Origin: Candidatus Thorarchaeota archaeon
GTDB taxonomy: Archaea > Asgardarchaeota > Thorarchaeia > Thorarchaeales > Thorarchaeaceae
Assembly: GCA_003345545.1 (NCBI GenBank)
Contig: PRDH01000026.1
Location: forward strand, 1 to 64,000
Direction: 5' to 3'
DNA length: 64,000 nt
Shown here: positions 50,101-59,165 of the stretch, in pieces
Layout: each line of letters opens with the position of its first letter
Numbering within the stretch: the stretch's first letter is position 1
Translations under genes and position numbers: made by a program
The notes under the pieces: generated by a model
What the model was told of the DNA's origin: nothing
The model's database searches: none
What the model saw: only the letters and a program-made list of their open reading frames with translations

Positions 50101-50385
50101 ATGATGCTCCCTCTATCCACTCCACGTGTCGACCTTGGACGGGCAATGGCTGCAGTACTGCAGGCGCTAAAGGAATCTCCATCGATGTCGATTGCTGGCC
50201 TGTCAAAGGCGACAGGTATTGATCGTCGTACTGTCAAGAAGGCTGTTGACCTTATTCTGAAGGTGCAAGATAGTCTGACTGCTCAGAAGTTGCGAAGGGA
50301 GAAAGTGGGGAAGACTTGGATTATCTCCATCGCTAGGAAAACCTCTGACCTGATTGAAAGTGCGAAGACGAGAATGCATCGGTGA
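50101..50385 (+). CDS. small winged helix-turn-helix protein
   Basis: MSIAGLSKATGIDRRTVKKAVDLI HTH followed by a beta wing. Confidence 0.75.
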   Translation: MMLPLSTPRVDLGRAMAAVLQALKESPSMSIAGLSKATGIDRRTVKKAVDLILKVQDSLTAQKLRREKVGKTWIISIARKTSDLIESAKTRMHR

Positions 50386-50391
50386 GGTGTT

Positions 50392-50925
50392 TTGATGATT
50401 TCGAGGCTAGAGAGTTTCGTACTTCTAGTACTATTCGGAGGGCTTGCAAGTATCACGTCTCAACTAATGTGGAGCATTTTTGAATGGCTAGTGCTTCTCC
50501 AGCTGCTACTGATATTCACAATCGCTTCAGCTGGTGAGAGTTTCGTTTCCTCCCAAGGCTACTATCACTACACAAAACAGGAGAGGAATGGTCCATTTGT
50601 GAAGAATGTCCCCATTTGGATTGTCTTCCTTTGGGTCTTCTTCATACAAAGCAGTTTCCTCTTCTCACTGTCACTTGGTTTCACTGGGATTCAGGCTGCC
50701 ACAATGTCTGGTATGATTGCCTGTTTGATAGACTTCCTGCTGCTTGAACCTCTCTTGAGCCGAAACATGGAGTTGTGGAGATGGACATGCGTGAAGAAAG
50801 GATACTTCGCCTTCATACCAGCCAGATTCAACAGATTCACCGCGCCGCCTGGCAATTATATTGCATGGATGCTATTTCCGCTGATTGCGAATAGTATCCT
50901 TGTTTCTCTGATTGTTGCAGTCTAA
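50392..50925 (+). CDS. CruF/DUF422-like (carotenoid biosynthesis protein family) membrane protein
   Basis: VPIWIVFLW, D...EP, LWRW, P.GNYIAW pattern. Confidence 0.55.
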   Translation: MMISRLESFVLLVLFGGLASITSQLMWSIFEWLVLLQLLLIFTIASAGESFVSSQGYYHYTKQERNGPFVKNVPIWIVFLWVFFIQSSFLFSLSLGFTGIQAATMSGMIACLIDFLLLEPLLSRNMELWRWTCVKKGYFAFIPARFNRFTAPPGNYIAWMLFPLIANSILVSLIVAV

Positions 50926-50941
50926 ACCGTTTCGCATTGCA

Positions 50942-50982
50942 AGGGAGGAGTCATCATTCCTTTCTTCGAGTGACTCCTCCCT
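50942..50982. terminator. strong hairpin after wHTH/CruF-like pair
   Basis: AGGGAGGAGTCA-N17-TGACTCCTCCCT perfect 12-bp inverted repeat followed by a pyrimidine tract. Confidence 0.6.
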
Positions 50983-51049
50983 GCTCTCTTCTTGATTGCC
51001 TAGGAATCCTTAATCTAGTTGTAAGCTCTATGAAGAGCCGTGGTCTATC

Positions 51050-52273
51050 ATGAGCAAGTATAGTTCGATCTACTCGAAGATGCTGGATGCTCGCGAGATA
51101 ATCAAGGGCATTGCACATAGAACCCGCATGGAATACTCAACAACTTTCAGCAATGCAACGCAGGGAGAGGTATACCTCAAGCTCGAGAATCTGCAGAAGA
51201 CTGGTTCATTCAAGGTCCGTGGTGCAACCTACGCAATGTCACAATTCTCGGATTCAGAAAAGAGAGCTGGAGTCATTGCAGCATCAGCAGGTAACCATGC
51301 ACAAGGAGTCGCCTATGCAGCCGCTAGATTGGGTATCAAGTCCACCATAGTTATGCCCACATACTCCTCTGTTGCGAAGATTCAAGCGACTGAGGGATAT
51401 GGAGCTACTGTCATCCCGCACGGGGACACCTTCGACGATGCACTTACTTTTGCAGAAGAAACCTCAGAAAAAACAGGTGCGACATTCCTGCACCCATTCA
51501 ATGATGAGAATGTAGTTGCCGGACAAGGTACCATTGGACTTGAGATACTTGAAGAATGTCCAGATGTTGATGTGATTTCCGTTCCGATAGGCGGCGGAGG
51601 TCTGATCTCAGGCATCTCTATTGCAGTCAAAGAGCAGCGTCCTGAGGTGGATGTATACGGAGTGGAAGCTGCGGGTGCTCCATCGATGCAGGCGTCTCTA
51701 AAGGCAGGAAAAATCATCCGTGTTGAGAATCTGGACACAATCTGCGACGGAATCGCTGTCAAAACGCCCGGCAATCTAACATTCAGAATCTCTCGAGACC
51801 TGGTTTCAGGAGTAGCAACCGTAGATGAGCTAGAGGTAACCCGAACGATTTTCATGCTCCTTGAGAGAGCTAAGCTTGTTGTTGAGCCATCCGGCAGTGT
51901 TGGGCTTGCCGCGTACTACAATGGCAAAATCAACATAAAAGGAAAGACTGCTGTTGCAGTTATCTCTGGAGGCAATATAGACATGTCACTTCTCGCTAGG
52001 ATTGTCGAGAAAGAGCTATTCAGACTAGGTCGCTCAGTAAGAGTAAGGGGCTCGATACTGGACAAGGTTGGAAGCATGAACAGACTACTCAGCTTGGTCG
52101 CTGAATCCGGAGTGAGTGTGATTGAGATTAATCAGGATCGCTTTGACCCTGGGATACCACCCAACAGAGCCGAGGTCGAGCTGATTCTCGAAGTGCCTGA
52201 TGAGAGGGCACTAAAGAAGATGCTGAAGCTTATGGCCGAACAGGGGCTGGACTTTGAAGTTCGTGAGAATTAA
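51050..52273 (+). CDS. ilvA: threonine ammonia-lyase (single C-terminal ACT domain)
   Basis: KLENLQKTGSFKVRGA, SAGNHAQG, HPF, GQGT, IGGGGL, SGGN, ACT tail. Confidence 0.92.
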   Translation: MSKYSSIYSKMLDAREIIKGIAHRTRMEYSTTFSNATQGEVYLKLENLQKTGSFKVRGATYAMSQFSDSEKRAGVIAASAGNHAQGVAYAAARLGIKSTIVMPTYSSVAKIQATEGYGATVIPHGDTFDDALTFAEETSEKTGATFLHPFNDENVVAGQGTIGLEILEECPDVDVISVPIGGGGLISGISIAVKEQRPEVDVYGVEAAGAPSMQASLKAGKIIRVENLDTICDGIAVKTPGNLTFRISRDLVSGVATVDELEVTRTIFMLLERAKLVVEPSGSVGLAAYYNGKINIKGKTAVAVISGGNIDMSLLARIVEKELFRLGRSVRVRGSILDKVGSMNRLLSLVAESGVSVIEINQDRFDPGIPPNRAEVELILEVPDERALKKMLKLMAEQGLDFEVREN

Positions 52274-52354
52274 TAAACTCCGCCTGTGCCATAATTCCCC
52301 CCTTAATGGCAGAAAGTGTACCACAGAGAGCATACATGCACACCTGCATTCGTT

Positions 52355-54109
52355 CTAGATTAACGGAAGACTTGATACTGCAACAATGGATAGCATGAAA
52401 GCACTGACGAGTATTGCAGGCCATGTATTCTGGAACTTGAGGGCAGTCCACGCAGTCAATACTGTCGTTAGGAGCGAAACAACCAGCACCAATAAGAGCA
52501 GGAGGCCCAGCAGTACCATTTTACCACCGATGAATCCAAGCGCAGTTGTGCCGAACACAACGACTACTGCCAGTAGACCTGAAACCGCGAACTTCGATGC
52601 AAATGCAAAGACCATAGTCTTGATCTCCTTCTGACTCTCGCTCCAGTTTCGGTCACTCAAGAGAAGTCCCCGTAGCCAAGCTGCATCAACCACGAGATAG
52701 GGAATGGCAAAGGCCGTCACTATGACCGTATTGATACCACGAATGCCGACGGGCCACTTCACCAGTGCCAAGAGAATCCATGGTTGCATTTGTTCAGGCA
52801 AGCCGCTTATGGCCAACCAGAAGAGAAGCCAGATTATACATACTCCCGCTACAGCGATGCACTTGAGGAAATCAACGATATGCTCCTTAACGGGAATTCT
52901 CTGTATGCCAATTGATGCAAATGCCAACTTTGTATTTGGTATCCCCATCAGGCCGCACATTGCTGCAGTCAAACACAAAACCGAGAGTGTGTAGAAGAGT
53001 ATCAGACCTGTAGCAAACATTGAGTTCGGCCAGGCAAGCCCTAGGTTCTCAAGATGGAATCCGCCTGCTGTTGTCGCAGTGAAGATTGTCACCATTATTG
53101 CTCCTAGAATTGAGCTGATGGCGAATGTCCTCTTGTAGCTGAGTGCTTTGGTCTGAAGAGGTATCTTCCGTGGTTTCATCGTTTCAGGAAGGTGACTGTA
53201 AACAAGTAGCATGACCGGGACAACACTGACAAGGAGCGAGAAGGCACCTGAGAAAGTAGCAATGACCTTGCTGAAGTAGATTTGATCTGCTGGGTCAAGA
53301 GTCTGGGAAAGCTGTTCTTCGCCCTGAACGGCCTGAATAAGCCAGGAAGCAGATTCTCGAACGATTGTACCATCAAGGGCCTCAAAGACATGATCTGTCG
53401 GTGCAAATAGTAAACGATAGGCTGTCTGGTTTTCAAGTGACCCATAAGTTATCCCTGGCTCTGCACTGCTGTTTCCAGTGGCAGTCCTGATCGCATTAAT
53501 GGCATCTTCCTCTGAGATCATCTCATCGTACGCGCCAATGGCTATTAGGAGGTTGCCTGGAAAGTCGACGTATGATCCGAGACTCATTTGCCCGATATCA
53601 CCAACAGTTGCATATGCCAACGGGGCGACAGGCATGTCCTTCATCTCAATCGCCACACGAAAGCCGAGGGAATGTGACAGAACACCATAGCTTTCATTAT
53701 CGACGTCAGCCCAGCTATCCTGAACGTAGCGAAGCGCTGCATACGCATCCTGAGCCATCTCCTCATAATCTTCAACGATAAACGGCAGACTAGAATCGCC
53801 GTGTCCTGCAAGGTCAACGGAGACAACAGTGAAATTGCGTCTTGCCAGCTCTATGTTGAAAGCATACATACCTTCCTTAGACCCTGCCAGACCATGAAGT
53901 GTCAGAGCAATTGGCATGGGTTCGAGATGAATACCTGTTCGCGGCGCATAGACTATGAAATCCACAGGCCGTCCTGGGGCACGTTCGATTCGTAACCGCT
54001 CGACAGTGAGTTCTCCCATTCCTCTATCGACACTCCAAGACAAGTAGAACGAAGAAGCAATCAAGATAGACAAGATGAAGACAGAAAGATAGAGTGGGTC
54101 TCGATTCAT
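52355..54109 (-). CDS. alpha/beta hydrolase fused to a polytopic membrane domain
   Basis: HG, DLAGHGDS, SHSLG nucleophile elbow, YDE, DH; about 8-9 C-terminal TM helices; ATG 54109 after AGGTGA. Confidence 0.8.
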   Translation of the reverse strand: MNRDPLYLSVFILSILIASSFYLSWSVDRGMGELTVERLRIERAPGRPVDFIVYAPRTGIHLEPMPIALTLHGLAGSKEGMYAFNIELARRNFTVVSVDLAGHGDSSLPFIVEDYEEMAQDAYAALRYVQDSWADVDNESYGVLSHSLGFRVAIEMKDMPVAPLAYATVGDIGQMSLGSYVDFPGNLLIAIGAYDEMISEEDAINAIRTATGNSSAEPGITYGSLENQTAYRLLFAPTDHVFEALDGTIVRESASWLIQAVQGEEQLSQTLDPADQIYFSKVIATFSGAFSLLVSVVPVMLLVYSHLPETMKPRKIPLQTKALSYKRTFAISSILGAIMVTIFTATTAGGFHLENLGLAWPNSMFATGLILFYTLSVLCLTAAMCGLMGIPNTKLAFASIGIQRIPVKEHIVDFLKCIAVAGVCIIWLLFWLAISGLPEQMQPWILLALVKWPVGIRGINTVIVTAFAIPYLVVDAAWLRGLLLSDRNWSESQKEIKTMVFAFASKFAVSGLLAVVVVFGTTALGFIGGKMVLLGLLLLLVLVVSLLTTVLTAWTALKFQNTWPAILVSAFMLSIVAVSSLPLI

Positions 54110-54227
54110 TAGGCTCACCTTTTGAATGGCTGATGGAAACCTGCAATTGACATAAAGATGCTGTTTCATGCCTTCAAGCAGGCGGCAAGCGGGACAGCAA
54201 TTGCCTTTGCTGTCCATCCAAGTGCTC

Positions 54228-55181
54228 CTAGTAACGTATCCCGAGTTTCTTGGATAACGTTTCAAGCATATCCCTGGTCATTGCAGCCAAGTCATACTGC
54301 GCCTTCCAGCCCCACTCTTGCCGGGCGACACTATCATCAAGTGACGCGGGCCAAGATTCTGCAATCGCCTGTCGGAAATCGGGTGCATAGCTTATCTTGA
54401 ATGTTGGAATGTGCTTCTTGATCTCTGCAGCCAGTTCTTCAGGAGCAAATGACATTGCTGTGATATTGAAGCTTCTATGTTTCAGCTTCTTCGCGTCAGC
54501 TTCCATCAAATCGATTGTGCATTTGATGCAGTCAGGCATGTACATCATCGGAAGATACGTGCCTTTGTTGAGAAACGAAGTGTACTTTTTGTTCTTTAGA
54601 GCCTCGTAGAAGATCTCGACAGCATAATCTGTTGTTCCTCCACCTGGGAGCGCTTCAGCACTGATGATGCCGGGATATCTCAGGGAACGGAAGTCAAGGC
54701 CATATCGATTCGTATAGTATTCTCCCCACAGCTCTATGAAGACCTTCGTAATACCATATGCACTCGTCGGCCGCATAATCACGTCGTTAGGCGTATTGTC
54801 ACGAGGCGTACTTGGACCGAAGGCAGCAATCGAACTCGGTATTATGACTTGGTCGAGTTCTAGGATTCTGGCAGCCTCAAGTATGTTGTATGCACCTTGG
54901 ACATTCGTAGCGAACGCAAGCTGAGGATCCTTTTCGCCGACGCCGGATAAGACAGAGGCATTGTGAATTATGATATTGATGTCATTGTCAACAAGCATCG
55001 AATGGATTTGATTAGTATCGAGAATATCGAGATGGAGATAGGGCCCATGCTCAGTGAGTATCTTTGGTGGTTTCTTTCTGCCCGATGCAATGACATTATC
55101 GCCACCATACTTGCTGCGTAGAGCTCCGACCAGCTCCGTACCTATTTGCCCATATGAACCAGTCACCAATATTCGCTTCAT
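54228..55181 (-). CDS. tdh: L-threonine 3-dehydrogenase (SDR/epimerase-type)
   Basis: GSYGQIG, LSGVGE, PSSIAAFG, YGITK, GGGTTDYAV, LPMMYMPD, IAESWP. Confidence 0.88.
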   Translation of the reverse strand: MKRILVTGSYGQIGTELVGALRSKYGGDNVIASGRKKPPKILTEHGPYLHLDILDTNQIHSMLVDNDINIIIHNASVLSGVGEKDPQLAFATNVQGAYNILEAARILELDQVIIPSSIAAFGPSTPRDNTPNDVIMRPTSAYGITKVFIELWGEYYTNRYGLDFRSLRYPGIISAEALPGGGTTDYAVEIFYEALKNKKYTSFLNKGTYLPMMYMPDCIKCTIDLMEADAKKLKHRSFNITAMSFAPEELAAEIKKHIPTFKISYAPDFRQAIAESWPASLDDSVARQEWGWKAQYDLAAMTRDMLETLSKKLGIRY

Positions 55182-55443
55182 GTTTCCTCAGTCCAAGATA
55201 CTCTGTTATTGGAAAAAGGGCCAAGAACTCCCCGTTTTAAAGATTGAGCTTCGCACAGAAATGTGGTTATGTATCTCAAGAAATGGTTGGACGTTTGAGT
55301 GGATGTATCTATGTTCAGCAAATCGAAACGGCTTCACCCCTTACTCGAATAGAAGCAACTAAATCACAATTCTTGAGTAGAAGAAAGGTGAGAGGATTCC
55401 GTATTTTTCTTGAGGCCTGCGGGTGGAACTTCATCCGAACTCA

Positions 55444-56073
55444 ATGGTGATGGTACGTTTGCCATTATTGATTTTTATCCTTGTAGTATCTTCTTCAGCT
55501 ATTGCCATTCCAATGTTCCTGTTACTATCGTACTTCTACTTGCGTGTTCTTCCCCTCTCAGTCGCTATTCTGTTCCTCTGTATAGCAGCATATATGAAGG
55601 TCAACAAAACGTATCGAAGTTCGATTTTGGTCTTTCTGATTTCGTTCTTCTTTTCAGGATTGTTTTGGACTCCCAGGCCCACATACCCATTCATAATCGA
55701 CTACATACTTGCAGCGCACGGACTTCCCCCTACAAGGCTTTTCATGGCGCTACAATACGGTGTGAATTTGCATGACCCATCCTATGCAGCCGAGCTTGTT
55801 GTCTTGGTTTTGTTTACGTTAACGAGCGTAGTGACATCTGAGATAGTTGCTGTCCACTCTGCAAAGCACCTGAAAATCTCAGAAGCTCTATTCTTCCTGC
55901 TTCTTATTCTAATACTCTGGTGTCTACTGCCCATTATCATGTTGGCTAATCATTCGACATTCTGGCAAATAGTGCCTCTCCCTCTTGGACCATTGATTGC
56001 CCTTGGCATCCTTCTATCCAGAAGGACGAGAGAAACCGACGTTCCACATCCTGATTCGACTCCATCATTGTGA
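55444..56073 (+). CDS. multi-pass membrane protein, unknown function
   Basis: About 6 hydrophobic helices; fills the gap between tdh and ppdK. Confidence 0.55.
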   Translation: MVMVRLPLLIFILVVSSSAIAIPMFLLLSYFYLRVLPLSVAILFLCIAAYMKVNKTYRSSILVFLISFFFSGLFWTPRPTYPFIIDYILAAHGLPPTRLFMALQYGVNLHDPSYAAELVVLVLFTLTSVVTSEIVAVHSAKHLKISEALFFLLLILILWCLLPIIMLANHSTFWQIVPLPLGPLIALGILLSRRTRETDVPHPDSTPSL

Positions 56074-56076
56074 AGA

Positions 56077-56112
56077 GAGGAAGGGAAGGAGGCGATATCT
56101 GCCTGTTTCCTC
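56077..56112. terminator. imperfect hairpin between convergent genes
   Basis: GAGGAA...AGGC-GATATCT-GCCT..TTCCTC. Confidence 0.35.
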
Positions 56113-56146
56113 GTAAATGGTCCGCTTCGCATTCTGCAACTATGAT

Positions 56147-58882
56147 TCACTTCAGATGCTTCGCCTGCTTCTCCTTTATTGCTGCCTGTGCAGCCGCAAG
56201 ACGGGCGATTGGCAATCGATATGGAGAGCATGAGACATAGTCAAGACCAATCTCGTGGAAGAACTCTACAGACCTCGGGTCGCCACCATGTTCACCGCAG
56301 ACACCCAGCTTCAGGTCAGGTCTGGTCTTTCTGCCTCGCTCAATGGCGATTTCCATCAGTTGCCCGACACCGCGCTTGTCTATGCTCTTGAAAGGGTCAT
56401 TTCTCAAGATATGAAGCTCGAGATACTGTGGTAAGAATGACTCGATGTCATCTCTGCTAAAACCAAAAGCCATCTGCGAGAGATCATTCGTCCCAAAGGA
56501 GAAGAACTCAGCACTCTGGGCCATGTCTCCGGCACGCATACATGCGCGTGGAGTCTCTATCATTGTGCCATACAGGTATGGGATATTAAAACCCACTTCG
56601 CTCTTGACATCTTCGTATACCCTGTCAACAATGAGCTCCATGGTTGTCAGTTCTGCCGCTCCGATTGTGACTGGAATCATGATTTCAAGGTGGACCTTCT
56701 TTCCCTTCTTGATGAGTTCGGCACCGGCCTCAAGCATCGCTCGGACTTGCATCTCATAGACCTCAGGATATGTGATGCCCAGACGCACACCACGGTGCCC
56801 CATCATAGGGTTATTCTCATGTATCTGTTCCCCTCTCTTGCGGACCTCTTCAGGGGTGATTCCAAGCGCCAGCGCAAGTTTCTCCTGGCCGAACTTGCTC
56901 TGTGGGACGAACTCGTGCAGTGGCGGGTCGAGAAGCCTAATAGTGACTGGCAGTCCATTCATGACCTCGAGGGTCGACTTGATGTCCTGCTTCACATAAG
57001 GAGCAAGTTCCTTTAGAGCATGAGCTCGTTCTGAATGAGTCTTGCTCAGAATCATCTTGCGAAGCAGAAACAGTGGCTCATCGCTTCCCTCTCCATAGAA
57101 CATGTGCTCGGTCCTGAAGAGCCCTATGCCTTCAGCTCCGAAACCTAATGCGACTTTTGCATCGTGTGGTGTATCCGCGTTTGCTCGCACTCCGAGCCTT
57201 CTATACTTATCAATGAGCCCCATGAACTCCTTCAACCTTGGATTCTCTGTGGCCTCTATCATGGGCAGCTCACCATCGTAGACAAGACCTTGCGTGCCAT
57301 TCAGGGTGAGTATGTCGCCTTCTTTGAAGTGTTTCCCACCTATACTGACAGTCTTCTCAAAGGTATTGATATCAAGTCCCGATGCTCCCACGATACAGCA
57401 CTTGCCCCACCCTCGCGTGACTAGTGCTGCATGGCTTGTCATGCCGCCACGGGCTGTCAACACTGCATTTGCTGCTCGCATTCCCTCGATGTCTTCGGGG
57501 GAGGTTTCTTCACGAATGAGCACTACCTTCTTCCCGCGCTTGCTCCATTCCAAGGCATCTTCTGAACTGAAGACAATCTGCCCAAATGCGCCGCCGGGAC
57601 CAGCCGGAAGCCCTCGTGCGATGGGCGTGGCTCTTGCTTCTGCTTCGGGATCTAGAATCGGGTATAGTAGCTGCCCCAATTGCTCGGGAGCTACACGAAG
57701 GATTGCAGTGGGCTCGTCAATGAAGCCACTGTGGAACATATCCATAGCAATGTTCAGCGCCGCAGTGGCAGTTCTCTTACCAACACGGTGTTGGACGAGA
57801 AACAGCTTGTTCTCTTGAATTGTGAACTCAAGGTCTATCATGTCCTTGGTGTCTCTCTCAAGGGTATCTCGAATCCCCGAGAGCTCGTTGTAGACTTCAG
57901 GCATTACTTCTTCTAGAGTTGGCAATACTTTACTCTGCTCATTCTTGCTGTCCTCATTCATGGCATTGGGAGTGCGCGTTCCTGCGACAACATCCTCTCC
58001 TTGGGCATTGATCAAGAACTCACCGTAGAACTTGTTAGCTCCAGTTGCTGGGTTTCTTGAGAAAGCCACACCTGTGGCACTGTGGTCCCCCATATTGCCA
58101 AAGACCATGGATTGCACTGTGCATGCAGTGCCCCAATCATCGGGTATATTCTCGATGCGTCGGTATGCAACTGCTCGTGCACCTCCCCAAGACTTGAATA
58201 CGGCACCCACTGCACCCCAGAGCTGCTCGTATGGATCATCGGGGAACTCCTTCCCGAGTGTCTTCTTCACTGCATCCTTGAACTCATCACAGAGCTCTCT
58301 TAGCTGTTCAGCGTTTAAGCAGGTGTCAGTTAGGCAACCGACCTTCTTCTTCTTCGCTTCAAGCAGCCGTTCCATCTGTCGTCTGATTTCATGCCCTTCC
58401 TCTGGCTCAATTCCTGCAGCTTTCTCCATGACGACATCACTGTACATCATGATGAGTCTGCGGTAGGAATCATATACGAACCTCTCGTTACTTGTTATTT
58501 CAACAAGACCAGGAATTGTCGACGCGGTTAGGCCGACATTCAAGACGGTTTCCATCATCCCTGGCATGCTCTGCCGGGCACCTGAGCGACATGAAACCAA
58601 AAGAGGATTCGTAGAACCTCCAAATTCCTTCTCCATGGCTTTTTCAAGGAAGCGTAGAGCATCCTTCACCTCACGCTTTACTTCCTCGCTGAAGCCACCT
58701 GTCTTAAGGTAGAGATTACAGACTTCTGTTGAGATGGTGAAACCAGGAGGTACTGGCAGCCCAAGAAGCGTAGCACCTGCAAGGGAGGCTCCTTTTCCTC
58801 CAAGTAGGTTCTTCATCGTGTCGTTCCCATCGGCTCGACCTGCGCCGAATTTGAAGACATATTTACTCTTCGTCTTTGTCAT
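56147..58882 (-). CDS. ppdK: pyruvate, phosphate dikinase
   Basis: LGGKG, SMPGMM, GEDVVAG, GGMTSHAA phospho-His, RTEHMF, GTNDL, CGEHGG. Confidence 0.96.
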   Translation of the reverse strand: MTKTKSKYVFKFGAGRADGNDTMKNLLGGKGASLAGATLLGLPVPPGFTISTEVCNLYLKTGGFSEEVKREVKDALRFLEKAMEKEFGGSTNPLLVSCRSGARQSMPGMMETVLNVGLTASTIPGLVEITSNERFVYDSYRRLIMMYSDVVMEKAAGIEPEEGHEIRRQMERLLEAKKKKVGCLTDTCLNAEQLRELCDEFKDAVKKTLGKEFPDDPYEQLWGAVGAVFKSWGGARAVAYRRIENIPDDWGTACTVQSMVFGNMGDHSATGVAFSRNPATGANKFYGEFLINAQGEDVVAGTRTPNAMNEDSKNEQSKVLPTLEEVMPEVYNELSGIRDTLERDTKDMIDLEFTIQENKLFLVQHRVGKRTATAALNIAMDMFHSGFIDEPTAILRVAPEQLGQLLYPILDPEAEARATPIARGLPAGPGGAFGQIVFSSEDALEWSKRGKKVVLIREETSPEDIEGMRAANAVLTARGGMTSHAALVTRGWGKCCIVGASGLDINTFEKTVSIGGKHFKEGDILTLNGTQGLVYDGELPMIEATENPRLKEFMGLIDKYRRLGVRANADTPHDAKVALGFGAEGIGLFRTEHMFYGEGSDEPLFLLRKMILSKTHSERAHALKELAPYVKQDIKSTLEVMNGLPVTIRLLDPPLHEFVPQSKFGQEKLALALGITPEEVRKRGEQIHENNPMMGHRGVRLGITYPEVYEMQVRAMLEAGAELIKKGKKVHLEIMIPVTIGAAELTTMELIVDRVYEDVKSEVGFNIPYLYGTMIETPRACMRAGDMAQSAEFFSFGTNDLSQMAFGFSRDDIESFLPQYLELHILRNDPFKSIDKRGVGQLMEIAIERGRKTRPDLKLGVCGEHGGDPRSVEFFHEIGLDYVSCSPYRLPIARLAAAQAAIKEKQAKHLK

Positions 58883-59165
58883 GAAACGTCAACTCACCTT
58901 TGCTGACATTCAGATGTGGCCGAGGCGAATGCCTACTATCCAGACCAGACCAATTGAATGAAATGCAATAGCCAATTCAATGAGGTCAGAGAGCATCTGA
59001 CACTGCTGTAACATCATTGCTCACGTATTAATAACCTGTCTGTAGTGGCGTGTTCCTTAACTCATCACCAATCCGAAAGCCTTTTCCCAACTTCCACGGT
59101 TCATGTGCCGCATCTTCGGCCAAAGTCAGTTGTCATTCATATGTCAGGGCTCTGAGGAAAGTAGC

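Noticed and set aside
50084-50104. 6-codon upstream ORF overlapping the wHTH start
   Set aside because: Too close to the TATA-like box to be fully transcribed; probably chance.
56179-58961. Many antisense ORFs over ppdK and other long genes
   Set aside because: Shadow ORFs of real genes with no independent motifs.
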